From Liolophura sinensis (Eukaryota), in assembly GCF_032854445.1 (NCBI RefSeq), contig NC_088295.1, forward strand, positions 28,628,498 through 28,692,497: a stretch of 64,000 bases of DNA, given 5' to 3'. Positions within the stretch are counted from its first letter, which is position 1, and each line of letters opens with the position of its first letter. Below, piece by piece: positions 1 through 14,628 of the stretch. The translations under genes and the position numbers were made by a program. The notes beneath the pieces were generated by a model that made no database searches, was not told where the DNA came from, and was given only the letters and a program-made list of their open reading frames with translations.

Positions 1-1648
1 AATGCCATGGCAGATTCTCAGAGAATGCCAAAGTCCATAGATACTTCAGATACAGCACAGAGACATGAATTTCAGCTGACTTGCCATGTCGATAGTGACC
101 TGGGTAACATGAGTGGGTATTGATACTGACACTGACGGCGGTTGTACTGGCATCATAGGCGTACTCTTTGTATGCTTAAACAGCCTTACACAATTCTCCG
201 GACTCTTCGTGAAGTTGAATGGGGAGGGGTTAAAGACGCAGTGAGGTTGAGCTAAACATGCAGTAAGGGGCGGGCAAGGTGTTCATATAGGCATGCAATC
301 AAACAAATGATACTCAATGATTGATTGATTTTTTTGCTATTATTTAATATTTCAACTTTTATTTAAAACATATGCTATAGTATTCTATTTATATTATAAA
401 AAGTAATGATGATTATGAAGTATAACTACATATCTTAGGTATATATTATTTACCTGGATATGATCAGGCAATGAACTATATGCGACTATTAAGAAAAAGG
501 TTGTTTCTTTCACGAGAACCTACATCGATTTAATTAAATTAAACGGCTTCGAATACAATTAATACACATCCCGATAAATTGTATCAGCTGTGTTTGTTCA
601 CCTTCGATGGCTGAACAATCTGTCAAGTCACTCTTTTTTGATGCTTCCGTTTTTCAAATAAATGTAATTGTAGAATAATCTGTTCAACTTTCAAAGATTT
701 TCCACATTAAAGATTTTATGTCAGAAATTGGATGTGAGCTAAGTGGGTTCATTCAAGTTTTCTCTCGGAATTATGATACTATTGCAGTTTTGAACAAGCA
801 AAGGATCAGCTTTAGATCTCAGGCACGGGTGTAGAATTCCACCTAAAGGCGCAAGTCCTCCAAAAGTGATGGACAAAAATGTTGATCTTGTCATTTCTTG
901 ACAGCTCTTCCCTTACCTATGTTTATTTGAAAGTATTCTAACACGGAATGATTCACGGGAAACAATGTTACACATAGTATCAGTGTCGGTTTTACCATGA
1001 TGGACACTGTATATATTTGCACAGGTAAGGCTTTTCTCAGAGCCAGGTGTGTTTCCAGGTCAACGGGATCTCGCCACGTTACGTGAGCAGACTTGATAAT
1101 ACAGACATATACATTACACATAAAGAAAACCCTTATTACTTGTTGATGTTGTATTCGACATTCGTTAATGAGTCATCAATCATGTGGCGTTTAACCGACA
1201 TTCCGGTTCGTTATTCGCAAGAGGAATTTTTATTTTATGTATTGATTTAGTTACCTGATTGTTGTTTAACCCTTGTATATACAAAAATTGTGCACATATG
1301 CGAGTTTTGAAGTTTTATGAGTGAAGGAGACTCCGAGTATAAACCACGGAATTTTTGCAAAAAAGGTCTTCTAGCAAAATATCTTACATGTAACATTCGT
1401 CATACTGGTGGGAAACAAGTGGTTTTAATCAGCGAACTTCACGCAAGATCACTCCGCCGATCGCTTATATCGCCAACAAGGCTCCGATAACTGTTCGGTT
1501 TTTAACAGCAGCCATCTACACACGTGTAGAAATTCGCGTGGGATATTATGAAAGCCCTAATTAGCAGTAATATGCAATTTTTTTTCTTTGGATCCTCAGC
1601 AATACAACCGAAGTGTGAAATCGATCGGATGAACGGTTGTGGAGAAAA

Positions 1649-1729
1649 TACATACATACATACATACATACATACATACATACATACATACATACATACA
1701 TACATACATACATACATACATACATACAT
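1649..1729. repeat. (TACA)n / (ATAC)n tetranucleotide microsatellite, about 20 units
   Basis: Perfect catacatacata... run visible in the sequence. It generates the artefactual MYVC/IHTY ORFs on both strands. Confidence 0.97.
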
Positions 1730-4234
1730 CCTATCGTCTGAACGACTTTACTGGCTATGTCGTCTAAAGCATCGGTCTCGATGCAAACTATGGGCTTTCA
1801 TGTTAACACTCGTCAACACAAACACACCGAAGTGAAACAAAAACGTGCAGTATGTGGTTCGATGTATTAATATCTAAACTGTTTTGTGTTTGTTACAGTA
1901 ATTTTTAACATATTCCATCCATTTTGACTGGTTCACACAAATTTTTCAAGACCCGCTGGAATGTAATTCTACCCATGGACTGTCTTCTGCAAAAAAACGG
2001 TGGCAATTTACGTTTTATTGTCACAGCCATAAAAAAAACGTTACGTAGCTTATCCTGATTTAATTCTTTCAAATCAGTCCACAGTGCATTTTTAATATGA
2101 TTTTATCGAATACATACGAAAAGTAATCTTTGACTTTAAGATGGAAACAAAATGTATTTATCTAATGTGTTCTGAATAATCTATTCAATGGCCAACCATA
2201 TGCGAGTGAGAACCAGTCCTTTAGACGAAGTGTAAACCTATCCACTCTGATAAACATTCCGTGGCCTGAAATCATCCTGTGAAGACATTTCTCACTGGAA
2301 TAAAAGTGTGGACACGTGCGAAGACAGTGAAGACAACAATATGAATTTGCACTATTTCATCCAAAGATAACGTTATGTGTATGTTTCAAGCAATAGGCAT
2401 AATACATTGCATGCTTACACATTCGGAAATTTGCATAAAACACGCGGTGTATTGAATTGTCAGTGCATACCTCTATATACGAATTTTTGAAAAATAGTTC
2501 AACAACATGATTGGATGGTTCACAAAGCTCTCTGGTAGTTTAAAGTTATTCGTGGTCTTTTGGTACAAGTTATAGGCAGAATAAAAGTGTCTGAAGTGTT
2601 CAGATTGCTTGGATATGTGACACTACACACAGTCACATTTATTAACAAAGTCAATTATTTCACTTTGCCGGAGTATACGCCAGTGCAGTGGGTCAAGTTA
2701 CATTTGGGCTTAGTGCACTTATGGACCACCCCAGATTTGTGACTTTTCTCTTTAAAAAAAAATAACAACAAACAGTAACAACAGTCTATCTGGACCTGAC
2801 AACTCGGCTCCGGCTTGGGTTTGAATGCAGATCAAGGGGTGTGTGGGGACTAAAGAGGATCGGTAGAAGAACCTTGCAGAATCAAGCGTCAGGGGTTGGG
2901 TGATTATCTACCCCGGTCACTTCGCCGTGTTTGGCTGGAGCTCAAGAGCACACACAAACTTCGCAATTTGTCCGGGCGTATCTTTTGCTGGATCCGTCCA
3001 GGTGTGGTGGCTGGGTAGAGGAGACTGAGGAGAGCATGACCGACGGACAATTAGACCATCGTGCCAGTGTAACAGTAGATTCGTATTAAAAAGGAGAGAC
3101 ATGCCAAGGAACAATTCAAGCTCCATTCCGAGTCGAGGGAATCTTTGTGGACGCAGGATTAAAACACGCGTGCTCTTTCCGCCACACACATTACCCCGAG
3201 AAAGTCAAGAAATCGCTGAAATTCACGCCAGTGTCCTATTTCATTCTCCTTGTTGACAATGTTTACCCACCATCGGCAAAAGTAAGAAAAGACTAGGGTT
3301 TGGTCCTCCTATGGCTTTTTAATTTGACAGTAAAATTGTAATATCTTCGAGAGGTTGTGTCACGTATTTTGCCCCCAGAAGGCTTGAATGAAACACTGAA
3401 AAGAAGCGATTCTTAAATGCAGAGCGGATAAAGATTTCCTCTCCACGCATACGGTATCAGGCGCATTTGAATGTAGGGACTATGGTCACTTTTTTCTCTG
3501 CACCATTATTACTAGTAAATGTTTAACACAGTGTGTGATTTTGTTGAACTATGCTGCCTTACTATAGGCGATATAAGTTTTACAAAGCATACATACTGGC
3601 CAATATTTCGATCATCTCTTTGATGCCTTTTTGTTATGTAAGTATTAAGGAATGAGCATTGTCGAAAATCACTGCCTTACAAACCAAACGTCAAGTAGGC
3701 GGCAGATAGCTTCGAACACGAGGCCTTACTGAAGGTTAGTAAAGACGAGAGACAACCGGATGGTACAGTTTTCTTCCAGCGGGTCTGCCAAGTACTTCAT
3801 GGCACTTGAAGGAAAACAGAACAGAATTCTGATATAATCTGTTGAAACTTTCTATAGAAACATTATTTGAGACCATAGCTTTATGTGCCAAATCCCTTGT
3901 ATGTCAGAAGAAAAAACTGACGACTGACGAGCCTATCTCACTCAAACTTGCAGGCCGTCATTATATACATATAGCCAAACGATGACGTCATGTTTTCTTG
4001 GCTCTAGCTTAAGGGGTTGACCTCTGCACGCTTAGCACTCCTGCCTTTAGTCAAACACTCATGCCTATCAGTTATGACGGCATGATGTCCTATTGTTGTG
4101 ATTTTAATCAGTTCTTGTTTTAACAAATCAAGGGAAATTTTGTCTTTCAGAGTCTTATACTCAAGTAGGCCTATAACTTTTTTAATTACGCTTTTCAATC
4201 TTGGTGTCTGGAACTCGCCCTTACTGAGCTGCTG

Positions 4235-4288
4235 AGACTATTTAGATGTTATAATAGGTCTGAGACTATTTAGATGTTATAATAGGTA
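4235..4288. repeat. Tandem duplication of a 26-bp unit (gagactatttagatgttataataggt, 2 copies)
   Basis: Two adjacent identical copies seen directly. Confidence 0.9.
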
Positions 4289-5164
4289 GCAATGTTTGGA
4301 TCCAAAGAGTGCAGGTTCACCGTGACTTTTCAACTCAGAGGAGTGGGACGTGATTTTAGTAGGGAGATGGTGATGAAGAAACTACGGGACAGGCTTATCA
4401 TCATCTAGGCTTCACGCCTAACATGTTATTGTTAATAAAAATAACTGGTTGTAGATGAATAGGAGTGTTTTCTCCCTGGTCCAGCTACTGAAGCTAGACG
4501 AGCTTTTCTTGACTGGTTGGGTTCCCGCTTAATGAACAGTCAACTCGCCCTGTAATCACATTTAAGCTTGACTGTGAGCTAACGTCTAACACCTGACGTA
4601 AATTAAACTAAATTACAGGTGTGAAAAACAGACAGTGGCTTGTTTGCGGAATGTGACGCACACCCCAATCTGACGGCCGAGTTTGAATTCAGCACAAAGA
4701 ATGTGACAAGCACCTTCCGCTTTTTCATTGGTTCGACACACAGGTCAATATTTTGCCAACACCCAGCTCAACCCCAGCTTCATCCGGGCGATGTGTGAAC
4801 TTGTATACATATTGTATAGTTCACAGCTACTGTTTGAAGGTTCTTCTCAAATCTGCGAAAGGGTATTGAAGCTGTCTAATTTTCTGGGGACGTTTGGAGA
4901 CTCGTAAACAAAGCGACATTGGATAAATAGAACAGCAATCTGGACGAATTTAGATTCATTAACTTGTATGAAGAGAGTTTTTCCGAACCTAAAGCATCAA
5001 ACTTTGTGCACCCATAGCTGCTAGGACTGGAAATCTAAGGGCAACGAACCAAGACAGCTTTTGCCATGCTGACAAAAAAAAAAAAATAAAATAAAGAATA
5101 AAAAATAAGAAATAAAACCAAAAATAATTTGCTTGTTTTAAAAAAGGTAATTGAACATTACTGG

Positions 5165-5235
5165 TGAAATACTAGTATTCATGAGTAGGCCTACAGCGTA
5201 AAACGCCAATCAAATTAATAAATGAGTCAAAATCC
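5165..5235 (+). mobile_element. 3' fragment of the family-1 tRNA-derived SINE (tail gtgaaata...gtaggcctacagcgtaaaacgccaatcaaattaataaatgag)
   Basis: Matches the conserved 3' tail of the full SINE copies at 14.6, 15.3, 19.4 and 27.3 kb (gtgaaatattcttgagtacggcgtaaaacaccaatcaaataaataaa). Confidence 0.6.
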
Positions 5236-6139
5236 ATTGCGTTAAGGGTAAACATGATTTTTAAATAACGGATGACATTGGCATGATGGTGATGTAAAAA
5301 AATATTGAATCAGGGATATATGGATTCGGAGTTAGAGAATTGTAGATTTATAAACGACCAATCTAACATGACATGGTACACCAATTCGTGGTAAGAGTCT
5401 TAACTGACAGTCTACGCTTACCAATATGCATGGTGTTGTACTGTAAGTTGAGAATTGGCACTCAAAAAACCCATGATGCTGATCAACAGCTATAGCCTTA
5501 GCTGACAATGAACACTTGCAAACATGCATGGTAGGCGTCTGAATAGGAGTTTTGTAATCAGCCATAGCAGAAAATTGGTTCTCAAGAACACCCAGTTAAC
5601 CCGAACTGAAAATCGACACTTATAACAAATAGCATCTGTGAATCTGACTGTTTCAAAAATTCATAGATGTGTTTGTCTCATCAGAGATAACCCATATTTG
5701 TTTATCATATTTTTTATTATAACGAGCTATATTAAAGTTTATTGCTGTATGTCGTTCAAACTACGAAGCTTTCTCAATTACTCTGAGAGAATATATGCTG
5801 CACTATATGTTCATCATTGTTGCTCTGATCGGTGACTGGGATGGTGGCTGAGTTCCACTAGCACTTGTACCTCTCTAGTAGATTACCAGGTGGCCCTCCC
5901 CTAGAATCACGAAGCTGCCCTAGCCTTCAGTCAGACTTAGCCTTACCTTGTGACAAGATTCCTGAGCGTACATTTGAACTTAAATCCTAATTATCATTAA
6001 GGTCTAAGACAACTCCTAGAGTCATTAAAGTGAGTCATAATGTAAGCGGGGTAAACTATTTTAAAGTTAAAACTGAGCCTGATTGAATTGAAAGACAACT
6101 CCATGATCCTGGGAACAGATATAGTACGCGTTGTAGCCA

Positions 6140-6240
6140 CTTGCTCCTTCCCACCATCAGGACCCTATGAACACCCACGAAATGTGGTCACCCGCACCTT
6201 ATCACCATCAGGACCCTATGAACACCCACGAACTGCAAGC
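6140..6240. repeat. Two direct copies of a 31-bp unit (ccaccatcaggaccctatgaacacccacgaa) separated by 20 bp
   Basis: Seen directly. It explains the repeated SGPYEHPR in ORF 6088-6285. Confidence 0.85.
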
Positions 6241-6639
6241 GTTAATGCTCCGTTGAAATGGAACGAGGCTGACGGAGATTTCTAACAATTTACCGTGCGG
6301 TTTTAATCCACGATGGCAAAACGGTCAGAGGCACGTTTAGAAAATGTCAAAATGAAGAGTGTCAACAGTAAACAGGTTTTCACTCTGACTTTTGCAACTT
6401 GATCGATTGAGGTTTTTTCTTTTCAGCTAGACTAAGGACGTCTAATAAATTGAATATAGCATCAGCACATGTTTTTTTTTTACCTAATTCTACTTAAGCC
6501 ATGGTGCTATAGGGATGTCTAACTTGTTGCTTTTAAACATTTACGTGAATAGTTATAGAATAAAAACCTCACTTAGGTAACTTGACAGGCGCCCGGATTC
6601 CACCGCTGATGTGTGGCCGTTTGCCCACTACACACTGTT

Positions 6640-7025
6640 GTCATTCTACTGGTTTTACTCCCCACACTGTCGTCATTCTATTGGTTTTACTCCCACACTG
6701 TCGTCATTCTACTAGTTCTACTCCCCATACTGCCGTCACTCTTCTGGTTTTACTCCCATCACCGTCGTCACTCTTCTGGTTTTACACCTCTCACTGTCGT
6801 CACTCTTCTGGATTTACTCCCCACACTGTCGTCACTCTTCTGGTTTTACTCCTCTCACTGTCGTCACTCTTCTGGTTTTACTTCCCACACTGACGTCACT
6901 CCTCTGGTTTTACTCCTCTCACTGTCGTCACTCTTCTGGTTTTACTCCCCACACTGTCGTCACTCTCCTGGTTTTACTCCTCTCACTGTCGTCACTCTTC
7001 TGGTTTTACTCCACACACTGATCTC
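6640..7025. repeat. Minisatellite of about 12 copies of a 32-bp unit (tggttttactcc[cc/tc]acactgtcgtcactcttc), with an alternating roughly 64-bp higher-order variant
   Basis: Regular periodicity visible. It produces the two long overlapping + strand ORFs (6582-6893, 6613-7038) with repetitive TVVTLLVLL peptides. Confidence 0.93.
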
Positions 7026-10000
7026 TTCTGTATCTTAAGGTTTTAAAGCTCCAAGTGAAACCTCGGTAACAAATGTTCCCGTTGTCAAAAGCTAACCCAG
7101 TGTACGTCTTCTTCATTCGAAGTTTTAAAGTAAATCAACATATAAATGGAATTTTCATTATGTCATTCCTGATTATTATCGATTGATTAGTTACACTTCC
7201 TGTGAAAGGTTGTGTGTCGGAGCTATATGATACTTGGAACAAGCGCATAGCGGTTAATTTGAAATGACACATATCTGTTTTGTCACCTGTTTGTAGATTA
7301 TACATGTAGTTCAGAGTCAATCCTGATTGTGTATATACTAGTATCCACGTGCATATATTCTATAACGTAAGCTCACAGGTTCAAGCAAAGCGGAACAAAA
7401 AATCAGTTCCGATCTGGCTTATACTTCTGTCAAACATACCAACTTAGTGCTTGTAATTAATTCTAAGACGAAACATCCCTCAGTGTTGATTGTTTTGTAT
7501 GGTTCATTAATCAATCAAGATTGTGCGAAGTCATTTCGATTTAACGGTCTGAAAGGCAAATTGAAAACCTCGTAAATAACGCTTGATTCACTGCTCCCAT
7601 ACGGAGTCCTTTCGTCACCGTTCCGGAACTAGCGGCATTCTGTCCTGGACTTCCACCGTCTGTTTGTCACAAATGGCTGTCGACACATACAAATTGCTAT
7701 TGCTATAACCTCATTCTGTTATTCAACAGTATGTCTGCTCACCGCCAAGCCATTGTTGTACACATTCTCGCACTATATTATTACTCAATATCCCTAAGGT
7801 CAGAGTAATACGATTGCACTGGTTCATTAAATGCCTACTAGCACTGGATCACGATGAAGTTCAGGTGTTTTTGTTCTTGTAGACATTCAGTATAAGCAAC
7901 TATGGGTAGAAAAATAGATTTGTTTAAAACAGCAAGCATGTGCATGACCACAAGTGCTTGCCAACAAACATGACAGTGAAAAAAAAATGAAGTAAATGAA
8001 ATGTCAAATAATTATACGGACATTGTACGGATTATACGGACACAAAATGAAACTTTGCGGAAGTAAATACACGGGTATAATTTTTCTCCTGTAGATTGTG
8101 TAATCTTGAAACAATGTATGAGTTGAAGCTTGCTAAACAGGTGGATTTTTTAGGAGGAGGGTGTTTTATGTGGGCAATATCAATATCTGATCGGGATCCT
8201 CTTGTGCCCTCAACTTCTCGGTCAACCACATACAGGAGTTAGTTTTCTTTAGGAGTTTGAGCAGTGATATTGGCCAGCGGCTGACCGCGGGTAGAATCAA
8301 ATCTTCCACAACTGCTACTTTCCCAGCGAAGTTTTAAGACTGAATTTTTCTTCCATTGATTGCTTCAGCGGGAGGTCTACGTCAGTGAAAAGACAAGACC
8401 TCTTGCGTTCTTGCTCAAAGACTATATTAACAGGCGACAATAGACCTCCTTGTGACATGTCAATAGAACCCTGGGCGAGGAAAAAATATTAACTGCTAAT
8501 AACTGCCAGGAAAGGTTTGACAATGGGTCAGTAGTTGTTATATTAGCGGCAGATCGGACAGATCAAGTTGAACACAGCGATAAAGGATATTTCTGAACCA
8601 GTTAAAGCTATAAACAGCTCCTAATTATACTTTTAAACCCTTGTAGATTTTTCACGATATAATAGACAGTCAATTCTAACAATTACGAATCTGTTTCTCA
8701 AAACACACAATTGTTCAATTCTCGCCTAAAATTAGGCGATTATTTAACAGTCGATTAGATTTAAAATCCCCCGCCACTTTAATTTTGAATTTGTGGTTTA
8801 TTACAAAAGATGTATCGCGAAAATTAGATAAATAGAGTAAATATTCGACTTTTTTAGCATTAGTGTAGTTATAAAATGGTGAATAGGCAACTGGGTTTAA
8901 GAAATTAGTAATTAATACATTACGAAACATTTGGTATAATGTATTGTCAGGCGGATCCATTCGACACTTGTTAAGCCAGGCGAAAGTCACCATTAGTATA
9001 CTTAACTCCTCAAGTACTCCTAAAATGATGGCTTCACCTATGTTAAAACAAAGATGTCTGATATCATAGGATTGCCCGCAGATTGCGAATTTTCCGAAAA
9101 AGTTCCTGACCCCAGCCAATGACTGTCCGGGGGTGACGAAGAGCAGTTTTTAAATAGAAAAAAAAATCTAAATTAAATCAGGGTAAAATTCCACTTGTCA
9201 AACAAGAGCGACATGAATTTGACTACTTTCAATTGTGAGTTGCCTTGCTGGAGGTACCAAATTTCTCATGACGGATCAGCGTTTGTCAGATGTGTGAAAG
9301 ACTCTGCCAAACTTCAGTTTAAGGAGCAATGCGCGCGAGGCTCGCGTTTTTATTACAATCCTTATTCAGTTCAAACAAATCTCTGGTGAAGTGACTAAAG
9401 TCATGTAAAGGTCACTTGGCGTATATGTTTTCAAGTCCCTAGTTGGGTTTGATGTGTAACCTTAACTTGTCGTGTCACAGAACACAATGTCTGTCATCCT
9501 CTGATGTTTGGCCAAGTTTTTATGTTAGATCGTTTAGACAACGCTATATCTGGAGAAGAAAACACGATCGAATATCAGAGGAGCGTTTGTATGGTGATTA
9601 ATATTGCGTTACAACGACACCTGCGAACTGAATGCTAGTAATCCGTCTTGTGTTCGGGCGCATCCCGCCTGGGATTGGTGCTCAAACGTTGGGGTCAGGC
9701 AAGGTGAACTGATCCGCTCAGGTTTATTTTAACAGCCATGTGCTGTTGAACCACTTCCGTACAGTTAGCATACCTCGTGTTTTTAACAGTAATATTCTTG
9801 AAAAATTATCCCCAAAAAGTCTTTCATATTTCGACCAATTTTTATTCTTGGGCATTAACAATTTAGTATTTTCGTTCTTGTCACATTTCTTTAATAACAG
9901 TCATTAAATTAGCCCTTATCAAAATGTGATTTCTGACAATTACTGAACTCGCCAGTGAGCGCACCCTCGACTCGAACAACATTCTATTCATGGCCAGTGG

Positions 10001-10661
10001 ACTGCAGCAGTCTTACTACGCAGAAATCAAAGCCCGTAAATGTCCTTTCAAACCGCTTGATGGAGGTTGAAATAGGCTCCAGTCCACACACAGAGCACGT
10101 CAGATTGCTTCAGTGTAATAACAGAGAAGGCAAAACGTTATTCAGTTTACAGACGTCAAGTCCTGAGTCATATTTTTGGCCGCCTTATTTCTTGACAATG
10201 TCCTTCATACCTCCAGCTGCTCGCTGTAAGAATTAATATTACTTATATACAAAAGGTTCACGATTTTAACAAATATGATCTTTCGATTCTTTGTGTTGAT
10301 CTTAATATAGCTCTGTTCACTAAATACTTGAACAGTGTGGCCACGAAGCTTACAGTGACAATAGGTAGAACGTGTTGGGAGCAGAAGGCGGGGCGCACTG
10401 GCATGACATTTTACCACATTCATATATATACATCTTAACAAGACTGCTATTATCCGGAAATGTAGGAGCATGTGCAGGGATATGCAGATGTCATTATTCA
10501 CACACCCATCAAAACCTTTATCCGATACACATTCAAAGATTCTGAAAATTTGAGTCAGAACGAGAAGACATTTGATACATGGTCTGATAAAACCACAAAA
10601 TGTCTATTACGAGATGTTTAAGGCTCAATGCATTGATCATAGCAAGAGTAGTTGGCTGTGG

Positions 10662-10664
<3 letters not shown>

Positions 10665-10700
<36 letters not shown>
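10665..10700. repeat. (TA)n dinucleotide microsatellite
   Basis: Perfect atatat run. Confidence 0.97.
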
Positions 10701-10702
<2 letters not shown>

Positions 10703-12699
10703 GCCTTTAAGGATAAGTGCGCATTTGCATCGCGGTTTAAAGCTACACGGTGTATTTGCGTACAAAACCTAGGTTATTAACATTTTATCATGCTATAACC
10801 TTTTCTCTTACATCTACGATTTATATTATTTGAAAATTTAGGTTTGAATAAAAAATATTACTTGAAGTGTAGATGTTTTGGTCATTAATTTTTTTCTCTC
10901 GAATGACATACAGGAATATTGTCAACTGATTATGACAGCGTGATTGGTAGTGGTTTAAGATGCGAGCTGCATTCCTTTCAATCTTATAAAGATTAATTAC
11001 TGACAAAATCACTCTGTATAGTCACTGTTTAAATTAACCCAAATTTACATGTGTTCCATTTTGCATGCTCATTCGATCGTGGGTCGTCTCAATTTCCAGT
11101 GTTTCTTATTCACACGTCTTCCTTCGTTAATAACACTAAACCATTCTCTGCAAGTCCACCTCGTGTTTTAAGTGACATATTTTATTTCAGCATTAAGAAG
11201 AGCTTGGCTGAAAAGTTGCTTTTACCTTATCTGTAGGAGCGTATACTATATATAGACACTGCTTGAGAGGGCATATTTCATAGGGCAAACATGGGTTGTT
11301 GAAGGCGATTATAAAAGATAAGCTACAAACATTCATATTCTAGAATATAGTTTATGTCCTACATAAGTAAGAGTGCAAACAAGGCATTTTGTGAGAGTCG
11401 AAAATGGACTGAGTTGGATAATAAATGTTGAGTAGGGTGGTAAGCCCATGATTGTAACTGGTTGCATTTATCGCCGTTCAGCAAGATAATAAAAGTAGTA
11501 CATTGGATCTGTGGTGCAAGCTTTCGGCCCCCTCTGTGCAATGTAAATGTGTCGATCATTGAGCGACTTGTGACTATTTACAGTCCTTGTGTTTCTATAC
11601 AGAGCTTCGCGTCGGCCAAATGCCCGAGAAGAATAGCACAGAAACGGCTTTGTAACTGGTTGTCGACCATGTCAATACGAGTTCAAATGGTTAATATTTT
11701 CATTAAATAAGGGATGACTCTTTTGTCGTCACTTCACACGACTTGACAGGAGAACGAGAATAAGACACCATAAGGAAATGTCCTCGAGGGGATATTTTTT
11801 ATCAATTTTTTTTTCTATTACCTTTCATTTGACTTTCTCGCGCTGCGGAGAGTATATCAAAATGTAGCACTTGTGTATGCCTGATGTTTTGACAATGTGA
11901 CCGTGAATTGAAAAGTTGAAAGCGTTTCACGTTCCCCCAGGAGCCCTATTGAGCCTGCCCTGGCCCCAGGAGTTGTTACAGGTGTGGGGGTCCGTGTGAC
12001 ACTAATTGGTACGCCAAACTTTTATCCTACTACCAGGTAATCCACGTCAGTCTTAACACACACCTAAAGCCCTCCCCTAATCAAATACAGTCGCCGCTGG
12101 GGCGAGTAAAACTACATTGTTTCCCTCTGACCAGAGAGAGGCCAGTGGAGTCCAGTCATCTCCATCAGGACTCTCTATCCCAGTGCTTTATCCCCACCTA
12201 CAAACGTCTTGATCCTAGTGCACTAAAATAATGATCCGAGGTAACTAAAATAATGTAGATGAGGGTTCATGGTTGGGCCTACAGGTTAGTCTGTAGCAAA
12301 CAAAAACATCGGCTGAGTGCCACACTAAACTGACTCTTCTAAGAAACGGTTATTTTTGAGGGAGACCTTGGCAGGATGGAACCCAAAACCCCGAAAAAAT
12401 TTGACGATAACAAAAACAATATCATAATCTGGTGTAAAATTCGTAAAATATCAGAACCACAATATTGCTTGAATGGCTTTTTATTGTCTGGTGATATGCT
12501 TTAGGTATTAGAAAATGAAACATATTATATTATTGTCAACTTCCAGTGGACATGGATATAATATTTCTGTAATAAATATTACAGTATACTATGATTACTT
12601 TGTTGAAGACCGTTTTATTAGACATATAATTCTCCGGGCATAAGTTTGAAACTCATACATGCTAAATTATGGGCACAGTTGATCTGGCAGTATTATGAG

Positions 12700-12765
12700 G
12701 AACGGGATGTAGCTCAGCGCTGGCACATGAGGAGCGGGTTCAACCCCGACCTTCGGCAGAGGATT
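12700..12765 (+). other. tRNA-like segment (A-box-like tagctcagcgctgg, B-box-like gggttcaaccccgac); probable SINE head or tRNA pseudogene remnant
   Basis: Pol III box-like motifs are present but no foldable anticodon arm can be reconstructed by eye. Confidence 0.3.
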
Positions 12766-14628
12766 TGTAGATTCCTTAACTCGTTTTGCTCTTATGGTTT
12801 TGGTGACAATAAGGTGTCGGTAGTGCTTGTATGTCCGTCTGGACAACCTTACAAGATTGTTTGTCCACCAACGTGGCTTGCACGGCGTGAACCTTTGCGA
12901 GTTCTTTGCAGTATGACTTGCCAAGACCGGTTGTTTTCCCTTTAAAAGGAGTCAATATCCCCAGCGCAATTTTCTCTTGCAGAAATTGCTGCCATGGGCC
13001 ATAAGTCTAGGTCAAATGCTGACGACGGCAGCTGTATAGGTTAAAGATTTTGCTTCAGTGATCTGTAGGAAAGACAACGTATTATGATAAGATGGAATAA
13101 GAGGGATAAAGGCTGAAGACGGACAATGTAGTTACTGTTGTAAGTCAATCCTCAAGATGAAAAGCTTGACATTTGCAGGAACATTCTTAAATTCGCATTA
13201 TTGTGAGTGAACAACGCTTTCTTCCAAGATGTCTAAATATATAGGCTATATGCCCCTAAATGTGATGAAGTGAAGTCAAACCGGCTGTTGGAAGAAAAAG
13301 AAAAGATTTCTGGTATAACTGACGTAGGACTGTTGTATACGGAGTGGCAGGTAGCAGACGAACAATGTCACGATTAATATAGTGGCATTGTGAACAGTAA
13401 CGGGTCGGGCCCAGCATTACCACGCTTCAAGGCGCTCCTAAGCGCTTGTCCTGCCCAGAGGATTAAACTCTCCGAAGGCTTGGGGGTGTCAAATCTGCTA
13501 TTATCTGCAAAACTTGTAGAAAAAATTCCAAGGGCGGGACAGAAAATAAGCAGGATAGAAGAAACCACGAAATAAGTTGACAGCTTTAAGAACTGAATAA
13601 AAGGCAGCAAAAGCTTTACATACGCCGGACGCCATTCCTGTGAGGCTCTAGTCTGTCTTCAGCTCATGTCGTCTGAAATAAAGAAAGCTGAAATAAGTTG
13701 AGCATAGTCTACACCTCCGCCAAGATGGGTGGTTTACACGCCCCGAACACCCCATGACTGCCTGTTTGATTTTACGTATATTTGACTGACATCCATTAAG
13801 AGCGTGTAAATTTAAAAAATTGACGGGTTATATGTGGTTGTTGAATGTCTCACATCTACATAAACAAGAAATAATGGAAGTACAATAAAGTACAATTACT
13901 AAAGATCATGTGTGTGACAAATTGGATTGTTGTGATTTATATTTTTATGTTTTATCAGGAGACAAAAGTACGGTTAAAACCTTACTTTGATATTTTACGG
14001 AGCTTTCCTAAGGGGAAATAAAAAAAATATTTCGTGAACTCAAACCATTTCAACATATCTGATGTCTTGTAAGCTATAGCGAAGTACCGTGTTGGTGGTT
14101 CACGCAATCATATTTTTATAAATTGAAAAATAATGGGACAATTTGCAAGTTCATTGGAACTCTATATTCACCATAATATTTCATGATATTTCATGTCAGC
14201 ATTGGTTCAGTGGTAACATGCGTGAATGAAAACTGTTCTGTCCGATAGGATCACGAGTTTGACTTCTGTTATTGCATATTTTCTTAGCGCTTAACACAGT
14301 GAGTTAATGGGTCGAAAGTAATTCGAGCCTCAGAAGAAATCCTTGTTTTTTCTAAATATTGCTTTATATTTTGTAACGCTATATATTTGATAAGTTAAAA
14401 TATATTATAGTAAGTCTATACAGATTACATATGGTATTCTTCCAATGAAAGCTCAATGCTCTGTACTTTATCTAACAGCATGTCGTGCAATTACACTGAG
14501 AAGGGTTGGGGGAGGGGGCATCTGTTAATCAGTTTAGCTTCGTAATAAATGTCTAATAAAGACACTATCATATATTCACGGTATAATTCGTAAGACAAAA
14601 CTCGTTTCAAATACCAACATTAGACGGA

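Noticed and set aside
1502-1835. ORFs encoding MYVCMYVC... / IHTYIHTY... peptides
   Set aside because: They are direct translations of the (TACA)n microsatellite on the two strands.
2790-3200. GC-richer segment with a 90-codon minus-strand ORF (2917-3189)
   Set aside because: There is no recognisable protein similarity and no splice-site context. It is noted as compositionally distinct, but there is no evidence of function.
8715-9119. 134-codon minus-strand ORF (MAGVRNFFGKFAICGQ...)
   Set aside because: It begins with TTG rather than ATG, lies in an AT-rich context, and shows no recognisable domain or splice context. It is probably a chance ORF or a decayed transposon fragment. It is kept only as a low-priority BLAST candidate.
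12700-12765. Possible genuine tRNA gene
   Set aside because: A-box and B-box-like motifs are present, but no cloverleaf with anticodon arm and 7-bp acceptor stem could be reconstructed. It is more likely a SINE head or tRNA pseudogene. tRNAscan-SE would settle it.
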